Shown in pieces: positions 53,250 to 63,608 of a stretch of DNA of 64,000 nt. Each line of letters begins with the position of its first letter. The first letter of the stretch is position 1. Origin of the DNA: Candidatus Bathyarchaeota archaeon (GTDB taxonomy: Archaea; Thermoproteota; Bathyarchaeia; Bathyarchaeales; DTEX01); the NCBI GenBank assembly GCA_963714275.1, contig CAVQNT010000007.1, positions 128,001 to 192,000 of the forward strand, read 5' to 3'. Both the position numbers and the translations under genes were made by a program. The notes beneath the pieces are model-generated. The model did no database searches. It was given only the letters and a program-made list of their open reading frames with translations, and was not told the origin of the DNA.

Positions 53250-53600
53250 ATGGATTCTTCAAAGTTAATGTTGACTGCCTTGAGATTCAATGAAAGAATC
53301 AACCAGCAGGACTTGGAAGGTTTAACTGAATTAATGACCAATGACCACACATTCATAGATAACTCAGGAAACGTCACTAAAGGCAAAGATGTTATGAAAG
53401 AGGGTTGGAGAGATTTCTTTAAGAAATATCCTGATTACCGAAACATATTCACCTGCGTGACAATTCAAAACAATGTCGTTGTTATGGTTGGCTATTCTAT
53501 CTGCTCCTACAAACCACTCGATGGCCCAAACATGTGGGCTGCTAAAGTACGCGGTGGGCATATCTCCGAATGGAGAGTTTATTGGCTAAATAAAAGGTAA
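53250..53600 (+). CDS. NTF2/SnoaL-like protein
   Basis: FNERINQQDLEGLTELMTNDHTFID...ISEWRVY. Confidence 0.85.
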   Translation: MDSSKLMLTALRFNERINQQDLEGLTELMTNDHTFIDNSGNVTKGKDVMKEGWRDFFKKYPDYRNIFTCVTIQNNVVVMVGYSICSYKPLDGPNMWAAKVRGGHISEWRVYWLNKR

Positions 53601-53698
53601 GAGTAAAACTCTATCCAGCAAAGTCTCAATGATGGTTACTAATCACTTCTGCCTGTTTGGCTTACTATTTGCTTTCCAGCCTTTTGGTGAAGAGCTAG

Positions 53699-54689
53699 CT
53701 AGGTTAGGGTCTTAAGCATACTTTCAGCATTTTCAATTGAAACATCTGGACCTATCTCGCTGTAGAGTATAAGTCCACCGTTGAATCCTTTAAAACCTCG
53801 GATTATTTGCTTCACTAGTTTTCTGACTTGGCTTGGTGTTCCAAACGGCAACATATATTGTCGGTCTACGTCAGCGGCTAAGCACAGTTTTCCTCCGAAC
53901 CTTTCTCTTATAGTCTGTATGCCCATGAGGCTAACTTGGATGTTTGCGACGTCAAGGCCTATCTCGATCATGTCGGGAAGCATGTCAATTACATATCCGT
54001 CGCTGTGAAAAAACAGGTGTTTTCCCTTCTTGCGGACTTGGTCAAACATTTTTTTGTAAACAGGTTTGAAGATCCGTCTCCACTGTTCTGATTTTATCAT
54101 GAGCCTCTGTTGGGTTCCCCAGTCGTCACCGAACATGACACCGTCAACGTCCATTTCGAGCATTAACTTAAGCCGTTGAAGATTATAATCCGCAATCTTG
54201 TCAATTAATATGAAAAGCTCCTTTCTGCCCATAACGATGTCCAAAAGAATTTTCTCAAAACCTCTAAGGTAATGCAGCCTGTGCCAGATGCTACCACCAT
54301 CAGCCAACAGATATTTTGAATGATCAGCTTCACGGACGGATTTTTGAACTTCCTCCATGCCAAGCTGGGGATCTGGAAGATAGTATGCTGTAAGGTTCTC
54401 CCAGTCAGCTAGAGGATGATGCACTGGCTGACCTATGACGCCATTCTGCAGGTTTCTCCAAATGACGCCCCACTCGTCTTGATAGGCTCCTTTACTCCAC
54501 GATTGACTCTACTCTAGGGTTCTAGCCATGCCGTAAGCAGCAGCGAAATCCTGTGGATATTTCTCGTAAAGCTTTTTTCAGAGCATCATCTCGAGGTCCG
54601 GGGGGAACAGCTAAGTTATAGCATCCGTTCGGAATTCTGTCAGGTTCTTCGAACTCTATTGCTCTTATTACTCTTTCTCGTGAGTTCAT
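53699..54689 (-). CDS. Uroporphyrinogen decarboxylase/MtaA-family methyltransferase (frameshift near 54570)
   Basis: MNSRERV...EPDRIP, GDDWGTQ, FHSDG, LPFGTP. Confidence 0.85.
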
Positions 54690-54818
54690 GAATAATAACC
54701 AAGACAATGTCCTGCACAGGATATATATAGCGCGTATTATAGGGCTGTGCAATTTGTAAGGTAGACTATTGTTGGTAATTAATTAAAGCTTTTAAAATCG
54801 ACCTTAATATTTTTCTTT

Positions 54819-56198
54819 ATGCTTCAGATTTCTGTTGTAGGTGCAGGCAGTATCTTTTTCACAGGTAGGCTTATAGTGGATTTGTGTTTAACAAGAAGTC
54901 TATCTAACAGCACTGTTGTTCTGATGGATATCGATAAGAAACGCCTAAACATGATGTACAATTTAGCCACCAAATATGCAAGAGAGATGAACACCGACTT
55001 AAATATAAAGAAGACAATGGACAGAGAAGAGGCTTTGAATGGCGCGGACTTCGTTATTGACACAGTAAAGGTCGGTGGCTATGAGCCGATGGAGATTGAA
55101 CGAAAGATCGCTGAGAATCACGGCTACTACAGAGGTTTAGGTGACAGGGTTAGCGACTATTACGGTGGTATTGGAGCATTCCATCAGTTGAAATTTTTCT
55201 TAGACTTGGCCAGAGATGTGGAAGAAGTCTGCCCAGACGCTTGGTTGTTACAAGCTGCAAACCCCATATTCGAAGGTACAACTTTGGTGTCCAGAGAAAC
55301 TAAGGCGAAGGTGATTGGAGTCTGCCATGGGCATTTTAGTTACACAGATATTGTGAAGACTCTTAATTTAAAACAAGAGGACGTTCAGGTTTTAATCGCA
55401 GGTTTTAACCATAACATTTGGCTTTTAAGTTTCTTACACAACGGTAAAACCATTTATCCAATGCTTGATCAGTGGATTGAGAAGAAAGCTGAGAAATATT
55501 GGAAAAGCGATGAATATCTGAATAGTCCGCCTTGGGTTGCTGAGCAGATGTCACCAGCTGCGGTGGACATGTATAGGATGTATGGCCTCTTTCCAATAGG
55601 AGACACAGTGAGAAGTGCATCACCTTGGTGGTACCATACAGATTTGATGACAAAACAGAGATGGTACGGTCCCACTGGCGGGTTTGACTCAGAAATAGGA
55701 TGGTCAATATACTTAAATTCACTTAAAGAGATGCTAGAACAAATGCGTGTTTGGTCTAGTGATCCTGCTGTCGCTTTGACAAAAGAGTATCCTCCAACTT
55801 TTAGTGGAGAACAGCATATACCTCTCATCGATGCAATCGTAAACGACAAAGAGGTACAATTGCAGTTAAATATACCAAATAAAGGAGCGATTTCTGGCAT
55901 ACCAGACGATGTTGTCGTAGAGGTTCCGATGGTAGTTGGCACCACACGTGGTGGTCGAAAGACGGTGACAGCCATGCATGTAGGCCAATTGCCTAAACGT
56001 CTTATGTTACATGTTTTGATGCCTAGGATGTTTAGGATGGAACAAATTCTTCAAGCCTTCTTAGAGGGTGATAGGAAAAGTCTGCTTCTTATGATAACTG
56101 AAGATCACAGGACAAGATTATTCGAAGATGCAAAAATGCTCTTAGAGGAACAATTAGGACAGTCTTGGAATTCCGAGGCAGCTAAACTTTATAAATAG
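54819..56198 (+). CDS. GH4 NAD-dependent alpha-glucosidase/galactosidase
   Basis: VVGAGS, ANPIFEG, GVCHG, AGFNHNIW. Confidence 0.92.
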   Translation: MLQISVVGAGSIFFTGRLIVDLCLTRSLSNSTVVLMDIDKKRLNMMYNLATKYAREMNTDLNIKKTMDREEALNGADFVIDTVKVGGYEPMEIERKIAENHGYYRGLGDRVSDYYGGIGAFHQLKFFLDLARDVEEVCPDAWLLQAANPIFEGTTLVSRETKAKVIGVCHGHFSYTDIVKTLNLKQEDVQVLIAGFNHNIWLLSFLHNGKTIYPMLDQWIEKKAEKYWKSDEYLNSPPWVAEQMSPAAVDMYRMYGLFPIGDTVRSASPWWYHTDLMTKQRWYGPTGGFDSEIGWSIYLNSLKEMLEQMRVWSSDPAVALTKEYPPTFSGEQHIPLIDAIVNDKEVQLQLNIPNKGAISGIPDDVVVEVPMVVGTTRGGRKTVTAMHVGQLPKRLMLHVLMPRMFRMEQILQAFLEGDRKSLLLMITEDHRTRLFEDAKMLLEEQLGQSWNSEAAKLYK

Positions 56199-56207
56199 TG
56201 AGTAAAA

Positions 56208-57511
56208 ATGAATCGCCGTAAGAGCTTGAAACATTCATGGTTCGTAACCATAATGCTGTTCTTGTTTAGATCATTTCACACTGCGGACATTTTTGTAATT
56301 TCAGTCGTTCTTCCACAGATCCTTGATGAATTTCAAATCACATACGCGGGCGGAGGTCTCATATTTACTGCAACTTTCTTCATGGCAGTTGCCCTGTATC
56401 CAGTTTGGGGTTACTTATTTGACAGGTACTCAAGGAAGGCGCTCATTAGCCTATCTGGCATAATATGGGGATTTACTACATGTCTCAACGCTGTATCAAG
56501 AACCTTTTCAGAATTCTTTTTAACTAGGACTCTTACTGGTATTGACGACACACCTCCTTCGGGTATGAATACTTAGTTAGTGATTACTTTCCTCCTATGA
56601 GTAGAGGTAAACCTCTGGGACTGATTAATGCCACAGCAGCCTTCGGTGCTTTAATTGGGACAATATTAGGCGTGATTGTGGGTTATGTAACAGGCTGGAG
56701 AATGTTATTCTACATAACTGGAGGAGTTGGAATACTAATGGCAATATTGGTTTATTTTACAGTCAAAGATATTCCTCGTGGAAGTCTGAACCTGAGCTAG
56801 AAGACCTTAAGATCAAAGAAGGTCTTTACAAAATAAATTTTAAAGAATTATTTTCATTAGTCAAGAAAAAGTCTCAGCTGTTCCTCAGTCTGCAGGGATT
56901 TTTTGGAGTATTTCCGTGGCAGGTGCTTCAAGCTTGGGTTTTCACATACATGGTCGAGGAGAGAGGTTTTGATGCAGGGCTTTCTATGTATATAATGTTG
57001 ATCTGGCTTGTGAGTATGATCATAGGAAATCTAGTTGGCGGGATGCTCGGAGATGTGCTCTTTAAAAGAGATATTAGAGGAAGAGTGATTTTAGGCGTAG
57101 TTGTTGTATTTCTTTCACTCCAGCGTTGTATTTTACTATTATGTGGCCTCAGGGGGATGTTTTCGGATTCACAGTCGCAGGTACCTTAGCATCTTTCATA
57201 CTGCCTATGGCTGGCCCGAACGTTTCTGCCGCAGTAATGGACATAGCTGAACCAGAAGTTAGAAGTTCAGCAGATGCTTTACTTAGAATTTTTGAATATG
57301 GCGGTTCTTCTGCACTCCTTTAATATCAGGATATCTCGCGGACATGTATGGATTAGGATTGGGCATACTCTATATTTCAGTTACAACATGGATAATGTGT
57401 GGTATACTCTTCATAATACTCACATTTGTTATATCCAAAGATATTCTTGAGCTAAGGAAGAAAATGGCTGAAAGAGCAGAAAAGCTTAAGGCACTTCCTT
57501 TGTCTCAATGA
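56208..57511 (+). CDS. MFS sugar transporter (several frameshifts)
   Basis: WGYLFDRYSRK motif; multiple TM fragments in series. Confidence 0.85.
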
Positions 57512-59000
57512 TATGCTTATACACTTCTGCGCTCTTTCTTGGAAACCTGGCTTTTGTTTTTAAGTCTACAGCATATAGACCGAACTTCATTTTGAAACCC
57601 GAAGCCCATTCATAGTTGTCCGTTAAAGCCCAGTGGAAATAGCCTCTAACATCCAGTTTATCTCTATTTATGGCTTTGTCCAGCTCTCTTAATTGCTCCG
57701 TTATAAACTGTGGTCTTAATTTGTCTTCAGAATCAGCTATCCCATTTTCCGTCACAAACATTGGTTTGCCATATTTTGACATAAGTTTTAAGGCATCTGT
57801 TAAGCCTTCAGGGTATAGTTCCCAGCCAAAGTCAGATGTTGGCCTGCCATCCTTTGAGATGCTGTTTGGTTTGCAATTGTTTCCGTAATCAGTTACCATC
57901 TCCGGTACAAATGGAATTCCTGCAAAAAGTTTCGCTAAAATCGACTTTCCATGTCTGATTACGTTCCGGCTATAATAGTTGACACCTATCCAGTCTAACC
58001 TGTTCTCTAAGTAGTGCTTAGTTTCATCTTTTTCCCTTTTTCCATTTAGATTTTCGTCAAGCCACCCTTCAGAAGCGGCTTCTATAAAGTATGAATTGTG
58101 AATATGACTGGCATAAGCGCTGGCTCCACTATCAAGTTTTGGGTTGTAAGGAACCATAGGAGACACGTTTTGAATCGCGCCCACTTCGACTGAAGAGTTG
58201 CTATTCTGATTGGCTTTGACTTTGTCCCATTCTTTGATTGCATCATAGGCTCTTGCATGAGCAACAACCATGTTTCCTAAAACCCTTTTAAAGGCAGTAA
58301 AGTTCATTAAGCCAGGCGGAAAATACGCCACTTCAGGGAGAAGATAACCGCTTTCTGCAACAACCACGGGCTCGTTAAAGGTAGCCCAGAAATCCACAAG
58401 ATCTCCAAGCTTCCACGCTAAGTAAGCTACATACTTCCAAAACTCAATGATCGTATCCTCATCAAGCCACCCCCTAAACCCAGCCTTTAACTTTGAATTC
58501 CTAGCTACTATCGGGTCATGAATCCAAAGGGGTAAAGTAAAATGGTTAAGACAAACGTACGGCTCAATTCTTCTCTCCTTCAAATCCAAAATCATCAGCC
58601 GATAATGGTTTAAAGCATCATTATTCGCGAATTTTTCGAGCTTCTCAATGAAACCTTCTTCAGCATGTATTCCGGAAATCCTTCCATCATCCGACTTTTC
58701 AACATTCACCTTCAATTCTCTGGTACTATTTGGAAATATTCTGCTCCACTCAATACCAAGCCTATAAACGTTCAACCTAAGATCGGAGGAAATCTTGTGA
58801 TCTTCTTTGTAGAGAAACCAGTAATTTGGTCCGTCTTCAGGAAATTCTCCACTGACAGCTTTCTTCTCTATGTTCTGTCTGTCATGAACCCAAACAAACC
58901 AGTCAGTATTTCCGTCTAGAGATGCACGAGATAGGTCACCCATTTCAGACTGAAAGCCACAAGACGATACTCCCCACAAAAACTTGTCAGGAAAAACCAT
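57486..59000 (-). CDS. GH1 beta-glycosidase (archaeal LacS/CelB type)
   Basis: FPDKFLWG, IEWSRIFP, TFNEP, VTENG, DNYEWASG. Confidence 0.95.
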   Translation of the reverse strand: MVFPDKFLWGVSSCGFQSEMGDLSRASLDGNTDWFVWVHDRQNIEKKAVSGEFPEDGPNYWFLYKEDHKISSDLRLNVYRLGIEWSRIFPNSTRELKVNVEKSDDGRISGIHAEEGFIEKLEKFANNDALNHYRLMILDLKERRIEPYVCLNHFTLPLWIHDPIVARNSKLKAGFRGWLDEDTIIEFWKYVAYLAWKLGDLVDFWATFNEPVVVAESGYLLPEVAYFPPGLMNFTAFKRVLGNMVVAHARAYDAIKEWDKVKANQNSNSSVEVGAIQNVSPMVPYNPKLDSGASAYASHIHNSYFIEAASEGWLDENLNGKREKDETKHYLENRLDWIGVNYYSRNVIRHGKSILAKLFAGIPFVPEMVTDYGNNCKPNSISKDGRPTSDFGWELYPEGLTDALKLMSKYGKPMFVTENGIADSEDKLRPQFITEQLRELDKAINRDKLDVRGYFHWALTDNYEWASGFKMKFGLYAVDLKTKARFPRKSAEVYKHIIETKEVP

Positions 59001-59100
59001 TTTAACCAAACCAAAATGAGAAAAAGGCATATATAAAATTAGGGTTCGATTAAACAAGGGCTAGCTAGCTATAGCGCGTGAGAACGTTAGAGTGTGTGGA

Positions 59101-59343
59101 GGGTAAATTTTATCTCTAAACTCAGACTTTTTCTTTTTTATTCTTTTTCTACCTTTCTCTGTGTCCCATTTAGACATGTACATGGTTTAGTGTGTGTGTA
59201 CTTGTACCAGTTCTCTTTTAGTACAGTACATTTCAACAGTGGTTTTGTATTTTGTATGTTTTTTTGTGTGATATTCGATATACTGAGCAAACAGAAGCGT
59301 ATAAAATAAATAATTAGAGAGAGAAAAAGATTAAAATTTAGTC
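59101..59343. mobile_element. Second non-coding MITE-like unit bounded by core sites
   Basis: Left part matches 50561-50723; right part matches 53075-53153; ends in GATTAAAATTTAGTC followed by CCCAAACCTAAAC. Confidence 0.7.
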
Positions 59344-59524
59344 CCCAAACCTAAACATTGTCTTTCTTTCTTTTATTCTCTCTCTACCTTACTCCGTATC
59401 ACGTATATCGTGTATATCACACACAACACAAATAAAAAACCCTAAACAGTAGCTGACTGGCTTAGTTATCTAATGCGAGAAGTTTTAAACAACTGATTAA
59501 TAAAAAGGTGATTTCAGCTATCAA

Positions 59525-59770
59525 TTAACATTTGAATTGGTGATTCAAAGACTGTTTTGTGCTTTTGTCTTCGTCTTGAAAGATGAATAGGTCGTCTATT
59601 GAAGTTTTTAGGATTTTGGCTATGTCATGTGCAAGTTTTAGTGAAGGATTATATTTGCCCTTCTCAAGGTAGAGTATGGTTTCTCGTCTTACGCCCGCTT
59701 TTTTAGCTAAATCTTCTTGTGTTAGGTCGTATCTTGCTCTAAGCTCTTTGATTCTCGTTCTGAAGGACAT
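59525..59770 (-). CDS. XRE-family HTH regulator
   Basis: [29 protein letters not shown]. Confidence 0.92.
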   Translation of the reverse strand: MSFRTRIKELRARYDLTQEDLAKKAGVRRETILYLEKGKYNPSLKLAHDIAKILKTSIDDLFIFQDEDKSTKQSLNHQFKC

Positions 59771-60099
59771 CAGGAGTCGCCTCTCCTGTTGAAGAGTAAG
59801 CGTAATCCAATGAACGACAGACTGTATGATAGAAGCGACACTATCAGTGCGTATCCTACTTCAAAAACATATGAACCGTAAAATTCTTTAGATATGATAT
59901 TCACTGCTAGAAGTGCTATCGTAAAGTATTGACCGATATAGAAAGCGTATGTCGCTGCTTTTCCAGTAATTCTCTGTGTTCGTTCATCCTTTAAAGGATA
60001 GCCAGACCTCCTTTCTTTGATGAGCATCCATGCAATTATGACGCCTAGCCCAATGATTATTGCAGCTATCCCGCCAGAAGTAATTACCCAAAGATCCAC
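59770..60099 (-). CDS. DUF2178 membrane protein
   Basis: [12 protein letters not shown] motif; adjacent XRE gene. Confidence 0.8.
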   Translation of the reverse strand: MDLWVITSGGIAAIIIGLGVIIAWMLIKERRSGYPLKDERTQRITGKAATYAFYIGQYFTIALLAVNIISKEFYGSYVFEVGYALIVSLLSYSLSFIGLRLLFNRRGDS

Positions 60100-60281
60100 T
60101 ACGATCCCCTCCCAGCCAGACTTTTTCCCCCACCCTCTTTCTTTGCCTTAATAATGGTGATGATTGACAACAGCATTCCAGCCCCGATAAACGAATAGCC
60201 AATCAGCCGATCTGAACCAAATATAATACCGAGGATTACTAACGTACTTCCGAGAGTTGTAAGTTCTTGAGTCTTCATCAT
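60099..60281 (-). CDS. Small two-TM protein
   Basis: Coupled to the downstream gene; GGAGG upstream. Confidence 0.6.
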   Translation of the reverse strand: MMKTQELTTLGSTLVILGIIFGSDRLIGYSFIGAGMLLSIITIIKAKKEGGGKSLAGRGS

Positions 60282-60651
60282 TTACACGCCTCCATTACTT
60301 ATTTTACACTTTTTATTATGTTTTTCTAACTCTATGTTATATAAAACACACATCACTTATTTAAAACTTTTGGTTTCCTAATAGCTAAGCTCAGCTAAGA
60401 AGAAAAAACGTTCAAAAAGAAATTGAAAAGTATAAAAATAAGAAGTGTCTATGTTTTCGTAACGAAAAACTAAAACAAAAAAGTGAATTAAATGACGTAT
60501 AAGCGAAGTAATAGAGAATCCCGAAAGACGCATCGAAGGCATCCTAAAAAGAAGGAAAAAGCTAGCTCAGCTCAGTAGGACTACTAAGAATTCTAGTCTT
60601 TCCTACTTCTTCTAATCCAAGTCGCACAAATATAGTATTTATTAACTAAAT

Positions 60652-61726
60652 CTAAAAAAGTCTCTTCACATAATCCAAAATCATCGAAGGCCTATCATAC
60701 ATAAGTGAAAGTTCAGCGACACAAAGCAAGTAGCAGCCAACTTCCGCAGATAATTTACAATCTTTAAACTTTATCCTAAGCTGTTCAGCTTTTTCCGAAT
60801 ACCATATCTCTTTCAAACTATGTTCAAGAGCATTACCTAGGGAGTAGCAATCGTAGAGCCCAAGCGAGCAAAGGGCGCCAACTTCACCGGATGGAGACAC
60901 TCCGATCTGCAAAGAAAGAGGGTGACAAGAAAAGTCGCCTTTGTTCTTCACTCAGCTCCAAGTAGGCTGCGGTATTCTGTAAGACTTTCCTGTACTGATG
61001 CTTTTTGAGGTAAAGAAGTCTACTCATAATTTTGTCTACATGATCCCAATCATTCAAAGTCATAATATCAACATCATCTGAAAATTTACCTATGTATGTG
61101 CCTTGACCGCAAACCTCGGGCAACTTAAAAATCGGAGAAAACGTTATTCCGCTATTCAAACTATCAGCTAACGACAAAAGAGCTTCAATGTCATTCATAG
61201 TATGCGACCCAGTAATGATGGAGTTAATATTCGTCGACAGCCCATAATCCTGCGCTATCTTAATACCCTCTACTGCCTTTAAAAACAGCCCTTCGATGCC
61301 GCGTGTTTTATCGTGGCGACTGTCAGGAAAATCGATGCTTACGCTGACAATGTCAAGGTTTCTGTGTATTTCGGGCATTCTTTTTGCTAATAAATATCCG
61401 TTCGTAAGTACAAGGGTAGAAAGCCCAACCTCATCAGCATTTTTTAGAATCGCAGGCAAATCCTTTCTTAAGAGAGCTTCGCCGCCCGTAAAAACTGCGG
61501 TCAAACATCCCAAGTCATAAGCGTCTCTAACGATCTTGTTGATTTCTTCTGTGTTCATCTCTTTAACAGGTTGAGATTTCCAGAAATCGCAGAAGGGGCA
61601 CCTTGCATTGCATCGGTGCGTAACAGAAAGGCTGAGAAGAATAGGAACAGGTCTCCTTAGAACATAGTTTCCAACAAACGATTTTAAAGCATTCCGGATG
61701 GGAAACTCCCTAAGGGGATACCTCAT
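60652..61726 (-). CDS. Radical SAM/SPASM protein (frameshift near 60950)
   Basis: CNARCPFC, FTGGE, LTNG; C-terminal LGNA...SLKEIW...C. Confidence 0.88.
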
Positions 61727-61792
61727 GAACCAATTTTTATTAAGTGTCGATACAAAAAGGTTGTGTCAAATGCCCCAATTGCGCAAAACAAT

Positions 61793-62866
61793 CTACAAGA
61801 CAGAGGATGGCTCCTTAAAGGTTTTAAACCCAACCCATTGCGCCGCAACGTAACCTATTATGATTCTTGACCAGAACGTTAAGATTCTGGTGAGAACCGT
61901 TGCCGCTGCACTTGTGCCTGATGGTACACCGAATGCCGTGAAAAGCGAAGCCATGACAATCTCTATAAACCCGAGTTCAGAGGGTATGCCGAACGGAATC
62001 GCTTGAACCGCCAACATCAATGAGTAAACCACAACAACTGCAAGGAAGGAAACGTTGAAACCAATTGCGTAAAAGACAAGAAACATCGTTGAAATGTCAA
62101 AAAACCAAGCTATAATCAAAAGCAATAAAGGTTTAAACAGCCATTTTGGGTTTTTACTAAAGACTTCCATGTTTCCGTGAAAGGCTTGAAGAATTGAGTG
62201 CAGTTTAGTCTTAATTTTTGAAAGGCTCCAACGACCACGGAAAAGCCACACAAAAAAGTTCAGTAGCCAATTTATCGCTTTCCAAGTTTTCTCCTCCTCA
62301 AAAAAAATCAGATAGCAAATTAGAATCAGCGAAGTCACACTGCCAAAAATTTCGAACCATATTACAAATAGAACCGTCTGTGGCAGTGTGAAGCTTACCG
62401 TCAACAAAACAGAACCAAACACAAGACCACCTATAGTCACAGCCATCGACAAAATTCTGTTTCCCATGACTGACGCTGCAATTTTCCCCGCGTTTTCACC
62501 AGTTTCCCTAGCCATCAAATAAATTTTAACAATGTCGCTACTCACAGATTCGAAGGGAATAATGAAGTCCACAAATATGCCGGTCCAAATAAAAAGAAAC
62601 ACTTTTTTTAAGACAGATTTAACGGAAGTCAGCTTAAGGAGAAGATGCCAAGAAAATGAATACAAGGTTATATTCAGAACCGAGACAATTGCAGCCAATA
62701 AATAGAAAAAAATGTTTCCACCAGCGTTCGAGAGTGCATCAACCATCTCGGGAATGTCCACGAAAAAGTGAAGGTAAGCAACAAAGAATAGTAGACCAAA
62801 AATGAGGTAAAGAACCATTCTTGGGCTGACTTCTACCTTACGTTCAGTCATCGTCGTAAACACCAA
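61793..62866 (-). CDS. UPF0104/lysylphosphatidylglycerol synthase-like flippase
   Basis: Multi-TM; PFGIPSELGFIE and RILTFW. Confidence 0.85.
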   Translation of the reverse strand: MVFTTMTERKVEVSPRMVLYLIFGLLFFVAYLHFFVDIPEMVDALSNAGGNIFFYLLAAIVSVLNITLYSFSWHLLLKLTSVKSVLKKVFLFIWTGIFVDFIIPFESVSSDIVKIYLMARETGENAGKIAASVMGNRILSMAVTIGGLVFGSVLLTVSFTLPQTVLFVIWFEIFGSVTSLILICYLIFFEEEKTWKAINWLLNFFVWLFRGRWSLSKIKTKLHSILQAFHGNMEVFSKNPKWLFKPLLLLIIAWFFDISTMFLVFYAIGFNVSFLAVVVVYSLMLAVQAIPFGIPSELGFIEIVMASLFTAFGVPSGTSAAATVLTRILTFWSRIIIGYVAAQWVGFKTFKEPSSVL

Positions 62867-62994
62867 TTCTTGATAGGGGTATACTAAACTGCATTAATTT
62901 ACAAAGGAATATTTATTTCGTTATCTAAAAACACAATTTTAAATGAAAAGGCTTTTCTATTATATATGAATATTTCTCCTACCGTGGGACAAGC

Positions 62995-63330
62995 GTGACA
63001 CAATATTCGTTAAAGGAACTTACAGTCGAATACTTCAACCGAAGAGGTTACGAAGTAAAAAAAGACCAACCCCAAGAAGAACTTAATACTCCTGCAAAGT
63101 TCGACCTAATCGTCAGCAAAAGCAAAGAAATACACCCCGTAAGAATCAAAGAGTGGAACAGGACAGTCGGCGTCAACATCGTCATTAATATGGACAAGGC
63201 TTCAGTAAAATCAGGATTCTCAAGCCCTATCCTGGTGTCAGAAAAATTCAGCGAACACGCAAAAGCCTACGCCACTCGAAGAGGAATCATGCTGATCACA
63301 AAGTTCGAAATCATGCGAAGCCTAAGATAA
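62995..63330 (+). CDS. Small restriction endonuclease-like (Mrr-type) protein
   Basis: YFNRRGYEV, FDLIV, RIKEW, FSEHAKAYA. Confidence 0.7.
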   Translation: MTQYSLKELTVEYFNRRGYEVKKDQPQEELNTPAKFDLIVSKSKEIHPVRIKEWNRTVGVNIVINMDKASVKSGFSSPILVSEKFSEHAKAYATRRGIMLITKFEIMRSLR

Positions 63331-63380
63331 CCGCTTCAAACAAAAGATAATTATTCAGTAAATTTTCTAACTTAGAGAGG

Positions 63381-63578
63381 TCACTTTCTTTCGTTTAGAT
63401 GCATAGTAGCGATTCCTGTAAGCACGAAAAGCCAAGCATAAATCAAACCTGCATAAATAATAAACCAAGAGTTTTGTCTAACCATGTCGCTTAATGATCC
63501 CCCAAGAGAACCCACAAAAAGAGCAGTCACGACCCATAATATTGTGGTTCGTTTGCTAAGTTTTCCCACAAAAAACAC
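63381..63578 (-). CDS. Small membrane protein
   Basis: Two hydrophobic segments. Confidence 0.4.
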   Translation of the reverse strand: MFFVGKLSKRTTILWVVTALFVGSLGGSLSDMVRQNSWFIIYAGLIYAWLFVLTGIATMHLNERK

Positions 63579-63608
63579 TGTAGACCTATCCGACTTAATA
63601 ATTTTATT

